Assembly (NCBI GenBank): GCA_965372795.1
Contig: CBDVDR010000018.1
Coordinates: 10,735-74,734 of the forward strand
Source of the DNA: an uncultured bacterium
Lineage (GTDB): Bacteria; Zixibacteria; MSB-5A5; GN15; FEB-12
DNA: 64,000 bases
Direction of reading: 5' to 3'
Part shown: positions 19,622 through 29,406 of the stretch, piece by piece
Position numbering within the stretch: the first letter of the stretch is position 1
Layout: every line of letters begins with the position of its first letter
Notes under the pieces: generated by a model
Seen by the model: the letters and a program-made list of their open reading frames with translations, nothing else
Told to the model about the DNA's origin: nothing
Databases searched by the model: none
Program-made: the position numbers and the translations under genes

Positions 19622-22381
19622 TCACTTACATAAATGACATTCAACAGGAGGCTGAGAACCCGGAACAAATAGATAATCGACAAAGTATGTTAAATCGGAA
19701 ATGCCAAGCTCACAATCGCCGTTGTTGTCAAACTCTGCAAAACAATCCGGTCCCGGTGATCCGGGAATAAACATGTAGTCAACAAAGAAGGTCAGATCAG
19801 AAATTCCAACTTCATCATCATTGTTAGCATCACCCGGAAAATTACAACATGAACCATCAGCTGCCGGAACGATATTAACTACCATCCAATTTAAAGCATC
19901 TTGTAATATAGCACTAAGACTTAGACTAAGGGCACTCTTGCTAATATCTTTTGTACTGGTAAGGATAGTATAATAATTTAAAGTATCAGTAGCAGTAATC
20001 GTTGCAGCGTTATCGAACGTGATAAATGTAAACTTATCTTCTAAAGTTGGAGTGTTGTGCGGAATCGGGTCTTGCATTAATGTGTAAATTTCACTTGCAA
20101 CTAAATCAGAATTTGGATAAAGATAAGTTTGCATACTTTCATTGAAATAATTAAAAGCTGAAACTGTAGTATCTATTTCGTTTCCATTAACGCTCATACC
20201 TAACATCGCTGTCATTCCGGCTCGTAAGGTATTATCCTGGCAACCCCAACCATATCCTGTAATATATGTATATTCGTCAGTCATGTTTATGTTTCCGTAA
20301 TTATCAGCAGCACTTATGGTCGGTATATCCCAGTCAACAAACTGACCGATGGCAACATTGGTGTGAGTAAGACCGTTACCTGAAAATATCATCGTACGTT
20401 GAATGACATATTCACAAGATGTTGTTCCGCCTTTTGGTGCATAAAATATATTTTCCATTCTGATATTATGATCAGGAGTCCACATCGTAGCTGACCGATA
20501 AACTTCAAAATTACCTGAATCTATTGTGGGTACGGGCGGGTTGTCGTTAACAGCAAAATCTAAATGGTTTTGCCAAAATAAATCATAATAGGCAACAGTA
20601 TCAATACCATCAATATATGAAATTAATGGACAACCATCATATAAATATACATCTTCGCAATCTCCACCTTGGGAAAAGTCCATATGTTCAAATTTGCCGT
20701 ATCCGCCAGCCCCAAAGCGACCGGTACTTTTAACAGTTAATCCAGTACAGTTAGTATATACAGTATCAAGTTCGCAAACATCTCCAATTCCATTTGCGTT
20801 AGCATCCAACTGATCATCATTATAAATTGTAGGACAATTATCGTTAACATCGTCTATACCATCACCGTCGTGATCAGTCACAGGTTCAAAGGGATTGTGA
20901 ACGTAAAGATATAATCGTTCCCCTATAATTGAATCGACTCTGACAATAATTCCAGTCGGGTCAAAATATCCATCTGATGAAGGATATGAAGTGGGACTGA
21001 ATTCATTTTGTCCAGACACATCATCAGAAAAGGCGGCTCCTTTTCTGGTTTCATAAGGATACCACCATTGAGCTGAATCAGATAATTCACCAAATGGAGG
21101 ATTCGTATACCATGGTAATGCCGGATTATAGCCGGCATCTTCAACTTTTACTTTATAATGTGTAAAATCAGGAGTTCCATTATTACCCCAACTACCAACT
21201 GAATCATAAATATGAGTAATAATTAATCCTCTATCTAAGGAGTCAGCTCCGTACGATAAATCAGGGAAGAAATATGAGGAAAAGTCAGAGTCAAATTTAT
21301 CGTACTGTGCTGTTGATTGAGGGTTCCTATACTCTAAAAGAAAATATTCACCTTTTGCTTCGTTAATTGGTAATTTATATAATGAACTATCAGTAGTAGT
21401 TTCAATATTATATAGTACTAAATCATTAAAAGTACCTATTAGATCCAGAGGTGTGATCCATCCTAAATCTTGTTTGATCCAACCGCATGGGTGAGAGGGC
21501 AACTGGGCGTTATGTCCACCGAGCGATAAGATTCCATAGCCGCCATATCCCATCAGACACCAGTCAACTAATGGGTGATCATTATTATCATCAGGAGTGT
21601 CATAAGTAGATGTCTCTAATTTGTCATCATAATCATACAGATCGGGGGCACCCAAATTATGATTTAGTTCATGGCAAAAAACTCTGATTCCATTTAAGGT
21701 GTCAGGTCCAAACGCTAATGGGAAAATTGGGTTTCTGGTTGGATAAAGTTCGGGAGAGGTGTTCCAGCGGGGGATTCGAACTCCGTCAAAAGGACCGGGA
21801 CCAGAACCTAATGGATAAATAAATGCATAAGACCAAATATCAGCAGGATCATGTGAGAATTCTTTTCCGGTACCAGATCTTACAAATACAACCGCATCGA
21901 CGTTTCCGTCATTATCTCCATCGTATTGAGAAAAGTCAATAGTTGCATCCAAGTCCGGCAGGATACTTTCAAAATCAAATCCGGTTGTAAATGATCCAGC
22001 ATCGTACCAGGGGGTAACATCTCCGGCTATATTAATATTTCCATAAGAGACTTCATAAAAATAATCTGCAATAGAGCCACCAGGATATACATTTCGAGAG
22101 AAAAACATGCTGTCAAATGTTTCGCGTGAGTATGTTCCCGGTCGATCAGACCATTCAATAAGGATGGCCAATATTTTTAGAGTATCTCCTGTGAATTGAT
22201 ATGCCGCGATTGATGCTGAATCTTCAGCTGTTAGTTGTGAAACAGGGATATGACCGTATTTTTCAAGAATTTCACTTTCAGGTATATCTAAATAAATTCC
22301 TTTGGAAAAATCAGTTGCAATTAGCAAAGGAGAAAACAGTAATACTGAAATAAAAGTAATAATTATTTTATTGAAATACAT
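19622..22381 (-). CDS. Secreted M6-family (immune inhibitor A-like) metalloprotease with TSP3-like repeat and dockerin-like module
   Basis: GSIADYFYEVSYG, DFSQYDGDNDG, HELNHNLGAPDLYD, WCLMGYG, EYFLLEYR; DGDGIDDVNDNCP...GIGDVC; C-terminal dockerin. Confidence 0.88.
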   Translation of the reverse strand: MYFNKIIITFISVLLFSPLLIATDFSKGIYLDIPESEILEKYGHIPVSQLTAEDSASIAAYQFTGDTLKILAILIEWSDRPGTYSRETFDSMFFSRNVYPGGSIADYFYEVSYGNINIAGDVTPWYDAGSFTTGFDFESILPDLDATIDFSQYDGDNDGNVDAVVFVRSGTGKEFSHDPADIWSYAFIYPLGSGPGPFDGVRIPRWNTSPELYPTRNPIFPLAFGPDTLNGIRVFCHELNHNLGAPDLYDYDDKLETSTYDTPDDNNDHPLVDWCLMGYGGYGILSLGGHNAQLPSHPCGWIKQDLGWITPLDLIGTFNDLVLYNIETTTDSSLYKLPINEAKGEYFLLEYRNPQSTAQYDKFDSDFSSYFFPDLSYGADSLDRGLIITHIYDSVGSWGNNGTPDFTHYKVKVEDAGYNPALPWYTNPPFGELSDSAQWWYPYETRKGAAFSDDVSGQNEFSPTSYPSSDGYFDPTGIIVRVDSIIGERLYLYVHNPFEPVTDHDGDGIDDVNDNCPTIYNDDQLDANANGIGDVCELDTVYTNCTGLTVKSTGRFGAGGYGKFEHMDFSQGGDCEDVYLYDGCPLISYIDGIDTVAYYDLFWQNHLDFAVNDNPPVPTIDSGNFEVYRSATMWTPDHNIRMENIFYAPKGGTTSCEYVIQRTMIFSGNGLTHTNVAIGQFVDWDIPTISAADNYGNINMTDEYTYITGYGWGCQDNTLRAGMTAMLGMSVNGNEIDTTVSAFNYFNESMQTYLYPNSDLVASEIYTLMQDPIPHNTPTLEDKFTFITFDNAATITATDTLNYYTILTSTKDISKSALSLSLSAILQDALNWMVVNIVPAADGSCCNFPGDANNDDEVGISDLTFFVDYMFIPGSPGPDCFAEFDNNGDCELGISDLTYFVDYLFVPGSQPPVECHLCK

Positions 22382-22520
22382 CAGATACTCCTTATATATA
22401 AATTTTAATTTAATTGCACATTGTTCAGGATAGAAAGCTAATCATGAATGTCGAGGTGGAATATCTTAAACGGAAAGGAACTCTCGACTATGTTAAAAAT
22501 GTTTTTGATTTCTTTTAAGT

Positions 22521-22549
22521 AAGATATTGTAAACCAGTCTGTATGTCAA
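22521..22549 (-). promoter_or_regulatory. Sigma70-type promoter for the first M6 protease
   Basis: Minus strand TTGACA-17 nt-TATCTT. Confidence 0.5.
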
Positions 22550-22600
22550 GTTCTTACGTTAAATCATGAATGTCTTTATCTTGTTTTCAGCAATAAGTAA

Positions 22601-25363
22601 TCATTTGCACAGATGGCAGTCAACCGGGGAGACAGCGCCCGGGACAAACAGATAATCGACAAAGAAAGTCAAATCGGAAATACCGAGTTCACAATCGCCG
22701 TTGTTGTCAAACTCTGCAAAACAATCCGGTCCCGGTGATCCGGGAATAAACATGTAGTCAACAAAGAAGGTCAGATCAGAAATTCCAACTTCATCATCAT
22801 TGTTTGCATCACCGGATTTATTGCAACATGATTCAGCAAGAAACGGAACTAATGTTGTTACGACCCAATTTTTAGCATCGTTTAAAGTAGCGGTCAAACT
22901 TTCATTAAGGGTGCTCTTGTCTATACCCTTGGTGCTGGTCAATATTGTGTAATAATTTAATGTGTCATTAGCTCCAACAGTTGCCGCATTATCAAAAGTG
23001 ATAAATGAAAACTTGTCTTCCAATTCAGGCGAATTGTGCGGAATTGGATCCTGCATCAAGGAATATATTTCTTGAGCAATCAAATCAGAAGAAGGGTCTA
23101 CATAAGTCGGCATACTTTCATTAAAATAATTAAATGGCGATATTGTTGTGTCAATACTATTTCCGTTATTGCTCATGCCTATCATAGTTGTCATGCCGGC
23201 TCGTAAAGTATTGTCCTGACATGTAAATCCGTCCCCAGTTAGAAAAACATATTCATCAGTAAGATTTAGATTGCCGTTATTGTCAAAACCACTCAATGTC
23301 GGAATGTTCCAATTGACAAATTGCCCAAGGGCGATATTGTCATGAGTCAAACCGTCACCGGAAAAGATCATTGTTCGCTGAATTACATACTCACAAGAAG
23401 TAGAAATTCCTTTGGGTGCATAAAAGATATTTACCATTCGGATTTTATTGTCCGGGGTTGAAACTGTGGCTGATCTGTAAACTTCAAAATCGACAGAATC
23501 AATTGTAGAAATAAATGGATTACCGTTTTCAGGAAAGTTTAACGTATTATTCCTGAATAAATCATAGTAAGCAACCGTATCGATTCCATCGACATATGAA
23601 ATGACGGGAGAACCATCAAACAGATATAGCTCTTCGCAATCACCATCCTGCGAAAAGTCCATACTTTCCATTTTGCCATATTCCCCGACACCAAAACGAC
23701 CGGTACTTTTTACAGTTAACCCAAGGCAATTGGTATAAACGTGATCAAGTTCGCAGACGTCACCAATTCCATTTGAGTTCGCATCGAGCTGGTCGGAATT
23801 ATAGATAGAGGGACAATTGTCAGTTAAGTCGGGGATGCCATCATTATCATCGTCAGGTTGGACGGGATTATGAACATACAAATATAGACGTTCACCAACA
23901 ATAGAGTCAACTCTGACAATAATTCCGGTAGGCTCAAAATATCCATCTGATGAAGGATAAGTTGTAGGGCTGAATTCATTTTGTCCAACAACATCATCAG
24001 AAAAAGCGGCTGCTTTTCGGGTTTCATATGGATACCACCATTGAGCAGAATCAGAAAGGTTGCCTTCAGGGTTCGAATACATATCCATAGAGGGATTATA
24101 GCCGGCATCTTCAACTTTTACTTTATAATGAGAATAAGTAGGAGCACCTTCATTATTCCAACTGCCAACCGAATCATAAATATGGGTAATGATTAATCCT
24201 CTATCTAAGGGCTCAGGACCGTATTTTAAATTCAGAAAGAAATATACAGAAAAGTCTGAGTCAACTTTATCGTATTGGGCCGTTGATTGAGGATTTCTAT
24301 ATTCTAACAGAAAATATTCACCTCTGGCATAACTAATCGGCAATTTGTATAGAGCGCTATCAGTTGTAGTTTCAATATTTTTTAAGACCAAATTATTGTA
24401 GGTCCCCTGAAGTTCTATGGGGGTAATCCAACCTAAATCTTCTTTTATCCAACCGCATGGGTGAGAGGGTATTTGTCCGTTATGTCCACTAAGTGATAAA
24501 ATTCCATAGCCGCCATATCCCATTATACACCAATCGACCAGAGGATGATCATTCTGATCATTAGGAGTATAATAAGTGGGGGTATGTAATTTATAGTCAT
24601 AATCATACAAATCTATAGCTCCCAAATTGTGCGTTAGTTCATGACAAAAAACTCTGATGCCGTTTAGGGTATCCGGTCCGAAGGCTGTTGGGTAAATTGA
24701 ATCTCTGGTTGGGTATAACTCCGGGGATGTATTCCAGCGAGGGATATAGACACCGTCATAAGGACCGGGACCAGAGCCTAAGGGATAAACAGCCGCATAT
24801 GACCAGATATCAGAGGGGTCTTGTGATAATTCTTCACCGGTACCGGATCTTACAAATACAACCGCATCAACATTGCCGTCATTATCCCCATCATATTGAG
24901 AGAAATCAATCGTAGCATCAAGAGATGGCAGGATACTTTCAAAATCAAAACCGGTTGTAAAAGTCCCGGCATCATACCAATCAATAACATCACCGACAAT
25001 ATTTATATTTCCATAAGAGACTTCATAGAAATAGTCTGCGATTGAGCCTCCCGGATAAACATTGCGTGAGAAAAACATACTATCGAATGTTTCGCGAGAA
25101 TAAATACCCGGACGATCAGTCCAATTAATCAATATAGCTAAAACTTTTAAAGTATCTCCGGTAAATTGATACGACGCAATTGCTGCGGAATCTTCAGAGG
25201 TTAGTTGTGACACGGGGACTCGTCCGTATCTTTCAATCAATTCACTTTCGGGTATGTCGTAATAAATTGCCTTGGAAAAATCAATGGCAGATAACAAGGG
25301 ACTGGTTAGTACTATTAACAATACGAGAACTATTGATTTACTGAGACGCATAACGACCTCCAT
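22601..25363 (-). CDS. Secreted M6-family metalloprotease, tandem paralogue of 19622-22381
   Basis: HELTHNLGAIDLYD; colinear with its neighbour along the full length; probable true start MRLSKS (25351) after GGAGG. Confidence 0.88.
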   Translation of the reverse strand: MEVVMRLSKSIVLVLLIVLTSPLLSAIDFSKAIYYDIPESELIERYGRVPVSQLTSEDSAAIASYQFTGDTLKVLAILINWTDRPGIYSRETFDSMFFSRNVYPGGSIADYFYEVSYGNINIVGDVIDWYDAGTFTTGFDFESILPSLDATIDFSQYDGDNDGNVDAVVFVRSGTGEELSQDPSDIWSYAAVYPLGSGPGPYDGVYIPRWNTSPELYPTRDSIYPTAFGPDTLNGIRVFCHELTHNLGAIDLYDYDYKLHTPTYYTPNDQNDHPLVDWCIMGYGGYGILSLSGHNGQIPSHPCGWIKEDLGWITPIELQGTYNNLVLKNIETTTDSALYKLPISYARGEYFLLEYRNPQSTAQYDKVDSDFSVYFFLNLKYGPEPLDRGLIITHIYDSVGSWNNEGAPTYSHYKVKVEDAGYNPSMDMYSNPEGNLSDSAQWWYPYETRKAAAFSDDVVGQNEFSPTTYPSSDGYFEPTGIIVRVDSIVGERLYLYVHNPVQPDDDNDGIPDLTDNCPSIYNSDQLDANSNGIGDVCELDHVYTNCLGLTVKSTGRFGVGEYGKMESMDFSQDGDCEELYLFDGSPVISYVDGIDTVAYYDLFRNNTLNFPENGNPFISTIDSVDFEVYRSATVSTPDNKIRMVNIFYAPKGISTSCEYVIQRTMIFSGDGLTHDNIALGQFVNWNIPTLSGFDNNGNLNLTDEYVFLTGDGFTCQDNTLRAGMTTMIGMSNNGNSIDTTISPFNYFNESMPTYVDPSSDLIAQEIYSLMQDPIPHNSPELEDKFSFITFDNAATVGANDTLNYYTILTSTKGIDKSTLNESLTATLNDAKNWVVTTLVPFLAESCCNKSGDANNDDEVGISDLTFFVDYMFIPGSPGPDCFAEFDNNGDCELGISDLTFFVDYLFVPGAVSPVDCHLCK

Positions 25364-25482
25364 TGTTGCTTAATGTCAATAATATGAAGTGTTTTTCAAC
25401 ACGTATGTTGATGTTTTCAATATCAAGTTAGATTTCTTGATAATGGAATATAGTATTTATGCTAAAACATATTGTTAAATTA

Positions 25483-25510
25483 ATAATAACATTAAAGACC
25501 TTTTTGTCAA
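25483..25510 (-). promoter_or_regulatory. Sigma70-type promoter for the second M6 protease
   Basis: Minus strand TTGACA-16 nt-TATTAT. Confidence 0.45.
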
Positions 25511-25563
25511 GTGATTGTTAGAGGCTGGTTACTTCAGGATTTAATTAGATTTTTTATTTTAGA

Positions 25564-26688
25564 TCATTTGCACAGATGGCAGTCAACCGGTGGAGAGCCA
25601 TGGTTGAACATAAACTCAATAAAGTAAGTAAGATCGGAAATGTCTGATTCACAATTACCATCATTGTCGAATTCTTCCATGCAAATAGGAGGGAGGTTGC
25701 TTTCTCCAAAGATATAATTTACAAAAAAGGTCAAATCGACAATACCAATTTCGCCATCATTGTCAGCATCCCCGGGAACCTGACAGCATCCTTGTGAAGG
25801 AATCATAAGAGTGATTTCATCAATACGGACATTACCCTCATAGTCATCAGTATGTGGTTCGCCAAGATATAAAAATTCGGTAGAGTCATCCATCGCGAAA
25901 ACTTTATCTAAAGGTACCGATGAGGTTTGTTCCATAATAACTTTGTCGCCATCGTACAAACGTAGCGTAATTGAATTGTTTATCTTCTCAAGTTCAGCGT
26001 AGTACCAAGAGTCATATTCGTAAGTAGCAGCAACATGCCAGTTCCAGGTCGACTCGTCCCATGAGGAACCATCCCAGGTTCTTAAAACATTACCAACCGA
26101 AGTGTATTGATGTCCCATATAGACCATATAGATCGGGTGGAATGTTTCAACTCCGCCAGAGCCAAGATGATTGTCAATGTCGATAACCATTTTTCGGTGA
26201 TAGTGCCACCACTGTTCGGCACATTCGTTGGCGATACAGGTGTCGTTGGTGACGGTCAGGAAATACATGCCGTTTTCATAAAAGCCGGAATGGGAATTAA
26301 AATCGGAATGATCGTAATCATCCTGTTCATAATTTGTCAGATCGTAATTTATATAACCAATTTTGGTGCGGAGTTTATATTCAGCCGGCAATATATGGGT
26401 GCTTCTGATTAGGGCGGCGTTCCAGAAATCGGGGGCATTAAGCTGAGCATAACCATTTTCAATGATGATGGAACCGTTATTTAACAATTGAAAAATCAAC
26501 CAGTTGTCAGTTCCAAATTTTTCGCCGTCGATTGCTGTGAAGTTGGAATCAAAATTTTCATGGTAGAGTGTGTCCCAACCGGTGTCATTCATTTGACAAA
26601 ATGCTGAAGTGGAAACAATGAAGAATAATATTATAAACTTCATTGATTTGCATGCAGAAACCAGGGGAAATTTCATATTTAAAACCAA
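25564..26688 (-). CDS. Secreted protein of unknown function with C-terminal Cys-rich dockerin-like module
   Basis: Signal peptide from MKFIILFF; aromatic/acidic beta-rich body; CCQVPGDADNDG...FDNDGNC...CHLCK. Confidence 0.75.
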   Translation of the reverse strand: MVLNMKFPLVSACKSMKFIILFFIVSTSAFCQMNDTGWDTLYHENFDSNFTAIDGEKFGTDNWLIFQLLNNGSIIIENGYAQLNAPDFWNAALIRSTHILPAEYKLRTKIGYINYDLTNYEQDDYDHSDFNSHSGFYENGMYFLTVTNDTCIANECAEQWWHYHRKMVIDIDNHLGSGGVETFHPIYMVYMGHQYTSVGNVLRTWDGSSWDESTWNWHVAATYEYDSWYYAELEKINNSITLRLYDGDKVIMEQTSSVPLDKVFAMDDSTEFLYLGEPHTDDYEGNVRIDEITLMIPSQGCCQVPGDADNDGEIGIVDLTFFVNYIFGESNLPPICMEEFDNDGNCESDISDLTYFIEFMFNHGSPPVDCHLCK

Positions 26689-26803
26689 TATCCATTTGTT
26701 TATTCGATACTTGTAATTGTTGTACGTTAAAATTTATGAAATTAGGCAAAACTATACAATACAATTTTCTATTAAGCATAATGCTGTGGATTAAATTAAC
26801 AAA

Positions 26804-26887
26804 TGCCGAAGGTCGGAATCGAACCGACACGATGTTGCCATCGGAGGATTTTGAGTCCTCTGCGTCTACCAATTTCACCACTCCGGC
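26804..26887 (-). tRNA. tRNA-Leu (CAA)
   Basis: GCCGGAG/CTTCGGC-A acceptor, GAGGA-CT-CAA-AA-TCCTC anticodon arm, long variable arm, GGTTCGATTCC; CCA not encoded. Confidence 0.95.
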
Positions 26888-26918
26888 ATTAATTATGTTA
26901 CTAAAAATGTAACGTGTG

Positions 26919-26947
26919 AATCTATCCCTCCAACCCAATTATGTCAA
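26919..26947 (-). promoter_or_regulatory. Sigma70-type promoter upstream of tRNA-Leu
   Basis: Minus strand TTGACA-17 nt-TAGATT. Confidence 0.55.
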
Positions 26948-27090
26948 GAAATATTGATGTCCATCATAAAAAATAACCAAATTGAGTAAGTATGGGAGGT
27001 CAACCCCTAATAGTTCCATTACAATAATTATTATAGGTCAGTTAGTGAATAGAAAAAACATCAATTTAAAGATAAGGCAGGTTCGAATTG

Positions 27091-29235
27091 TTAAAAATGT
27101 GTCCGCTCATCCTCACTATCAGCCTGTGAATTATTTTGTCTGGGAATATAAAGACCTTTTGAAGGATGGATATGACAAGTTGTTGTCGGTTGGTTATCAT
27201 CTACAAAGATTTCATTTCTAACTTCGATACAACGATCAGTGGCAATTTCACCCGATTCAAGGCAAACATCAATATGAACGATACCATCCGGTTCCTCAAA
27301 ATCTATTTGAGGGAGAGAATCATGAGCAGCAATCATATACTCAGTCCAAACCGGGACACCGTTTTTGGCACCATCCTGACCTCGACCTAAAGAAATTTTT
27401 CCTTCCTGAAATCCGACCCAAACACCCGAAGTGATTTTTGGAGTATATCCAATAAACCAATTGTCACAGAAATTATCAGTAGTTCCTGTTTTGCCACCCG
27501 CCGGTCGATCAAAACCCATCCCGCGCGAACGTCTGCCAGTTCCGGCATCAACAACCGATTGCATCATGCTGACCATAATATATGCTGTCTGGGCAGATAA
27601 AACCTCTTCTTTTTCAATAAAGCTATTATCCTCCAAAACCCTGCCGTACCGATCTACAATCTTTGTAACAAATCGATAAGGGATATGGATTCCTTTATTT
27701 GGAAAAATCGAGTAAGCCGAAACCATTTCAATCAGTTTAACAACTCCTGATCCAACCGCTAAGGAAGGTACCGGGTCAAGTTGGGTTGTAATTCCCATCC
27801 GTCGAGCATAAAAAATTGGTTGTTCCGGATTGACTTTCAAAATCAACCGAACTGCGATAAGGTTGCGAGACAATCGAAGGGCATCACGAAGAGTTAACGG
27901 ACCTTTGAATTTATTGTCAAAATTATGCGGTCGATATTGTTTTGACCCGGGGATATCCAGCACTATCGGGTTATCATCAAATATATCAGTCGTCCTGAAA
28001 CCATTATCGATACATGAAGTATATAAAAATGGTTTAAAACATGAACCCGGTTGGAGAAGTGCCTGAGTAGCCTGATTGAATTTCAATTTCTCAAATGAAC
28101 GCCCTCCGACCATGGCTATGACGCCGCCATTTTCATTGTCAATTGAAAGAAAGGCACCCTCAATATGTTTATATTCCCGAATCGGATTGCCAAGATGATC
28201 GGTCGTATCAGGAATGATCTTGGTATAAGTCTTATTATTAATATTATATCTGCGCTTTAACCGAGCTCTCAAGGAATCGACTTTTTTATAAAGAGCTTTT
28301 TCAGCTTCCGCCTGAAGATCAATATCCAGAGTGGTGTAAACTTTCAAGCCGCTGGAGTACAGGACATCTTCACCATATTTATTAAGAATATATTTACGAA
28401 CGGTTTCGGTAAAATAAGGTGCAATTCCAATTTTATTCTGGGGTGGATTTATCTCAAGCGGTTCATTTTTAAGAGAGTCGTATTGTTCTCTTGATAAACC
28501 ACCTACAGAAAAATAAGAATATAAAACTCGGTTTCGGGCTTTTAATGATTTTTCAGGGTTGTTCAAAGGTGAATTGATATTTGGACCTTTGAGAACTCCA
28601 ATTAGAATAGCACAGTCATTTAAATTTAATTCAGAAACATTCTTGGAGAAGAAAATATGTGAGGCTGCCGCAATACCATAGGCGCCCCGGCTGAAATAGT
28701 ATTGATTAAGATACATCTCAATTATTTCTTCTTTGGAATAAGTTCTTTCCAGCTTAATTGAAGTGAGAGCTTCTTTAATTTTCCTGTCTAAAGTTTTTTT
28801 CCGGGTCAAAAAAAGCATCCGTGAAAGCTGTTGTGTGATCGTGGAAGCGCCACCGGTTATTCGCCATTGTAAAAGGTTTTTGAATGCGACAATTCCGATG
28901 CGTCTTATATTGATACCCCAGTGGTTGTAAAATTCCTGATCTTCAGAAGCGAGCAAAATCTCGACCAGATGAGACGGTATGTTTTTATAAGGCGTTAAAA
29001 TACGATTCTCATTAAAATATTCGGTCAGAAGCAGACCATTGCGATCATAAATTTTTGTTTTCAGGCTGGGTTCAATATTATGTAATTGCTCAAATGAAGG
29101 GAGATCATTCTGGTAGACCTGATTGGTTTTATAGGCGATTACAGATAAAAACAGGACACTAACCGCAATTAGACCTATTAACGAGTTTCGAAACCGGTTA
29201 GAAGTCCTTTTGTATTTTGAGTATGTCAAAGTCAT
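27091..29235 (-). CDS. Class A penicillin-binding protein (PBP1A family)
   Basis: EDQEFYNHWG, GASTITQQL, RKIKE (transglycosylase); QPGSCFKP, SRN, KTGTT (transpeptidase). Confidence 0.93.
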   Translation of the reverse strand: MTLTYSKYKRTSNRFRNSLIGLIAVSVLFLSVIAYKTNQVYQNDLPSFEQLHNIEPSLKTKIYDRNGLLLTEYFNENRILTPYKNIPSHLVEILLASEDQEFYNHWGINIRRIGIVAFKNLLQWRITGGASTITQQLSRMLFLTRKKTLDRKIKEALTSIKLERTYSKEEIIEMYLNQYYFSRGAYGIAAASHIFFSKNVSELNLNDCAILIGVLKGPNINSPLNNPEKSLKARNRVLYSYFSVGGLSREQYDSLKNEPLEINPPQNKIGIAPYFTETVRKYILNKYGEDVLYSSGLKVYTTLDIDLQAEAEKALYKKVDSLRARLKRRYNINNKTYTKIIPDTTDHLGNPIREYKHIEGAFLSIDNENGGVIAMVGGRSFEKLKFNQATQALLQPGSCFKPFLYTSCIDNGFRTTDIFDDNPIVLDIPGSKQYRPHNFDNKFKGPLTLRDALRLSRNLIAVRLILKVNPEQPIFYARRMGITTQLDPVPSLAVGSGVVKLIEMVSAYSIFPNKGIHIPYRFVTKIVDRYGRVLEDNSFIEKEEVLSAQTAYIMVSMMQSVVDAGTGRRSRGMGFDRPAGGKTGTTDNFCDNWFIGYTPKITSGVWVGFQEGKISLGRGQDGAKNGVPVWTEYMIAAHDSLPQIDFEEPDGIVHIDVCLESGEIATDRCIEVRNEIFVDDNQPTTTCHIHPSKGLYIPRQNNSQADSEDERTHF

Positions 29236-29406
29236 AGCCTTATGTAAATTTTTATTAGTTAACAGTCAAGTTTAATTAGCTCAACCTTAATGTTTGATTT
29301 TTAAAACCTTTTTATTATTTTAAAAAAAAGCAATTAATCTTTATGAGGATAATAAACCTCATATTTTATATGCCGATAAGTATAGAAAGGTTCAATTGAG
29401 GGAAAG

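Noticed and set aside
19170..19625. ORFs 19170-19430 (+) and 19440-19625 (-) as real genes
   Set aside because: They are translations of the repeat/palindrome region with no protein-like motifs
19622..25363. Diversity-generating retroelement template/variable repeat pair
   Set aside because: The shared tract is fully identical rather than adenine-mismatched, and there is no reverse transcriptase
18944..26887. Genomic island integrated at tRNA-Leu
   Set aside because: No integrase and no duplicated tRNA 3' end found; composition resembles the rest of the window
26585..26938. ORFs overlapping tRNA-Leu (likewise 63651-63845 over tRNA-Arg)
   Set aside because: Spurious frames running through tRNA genes
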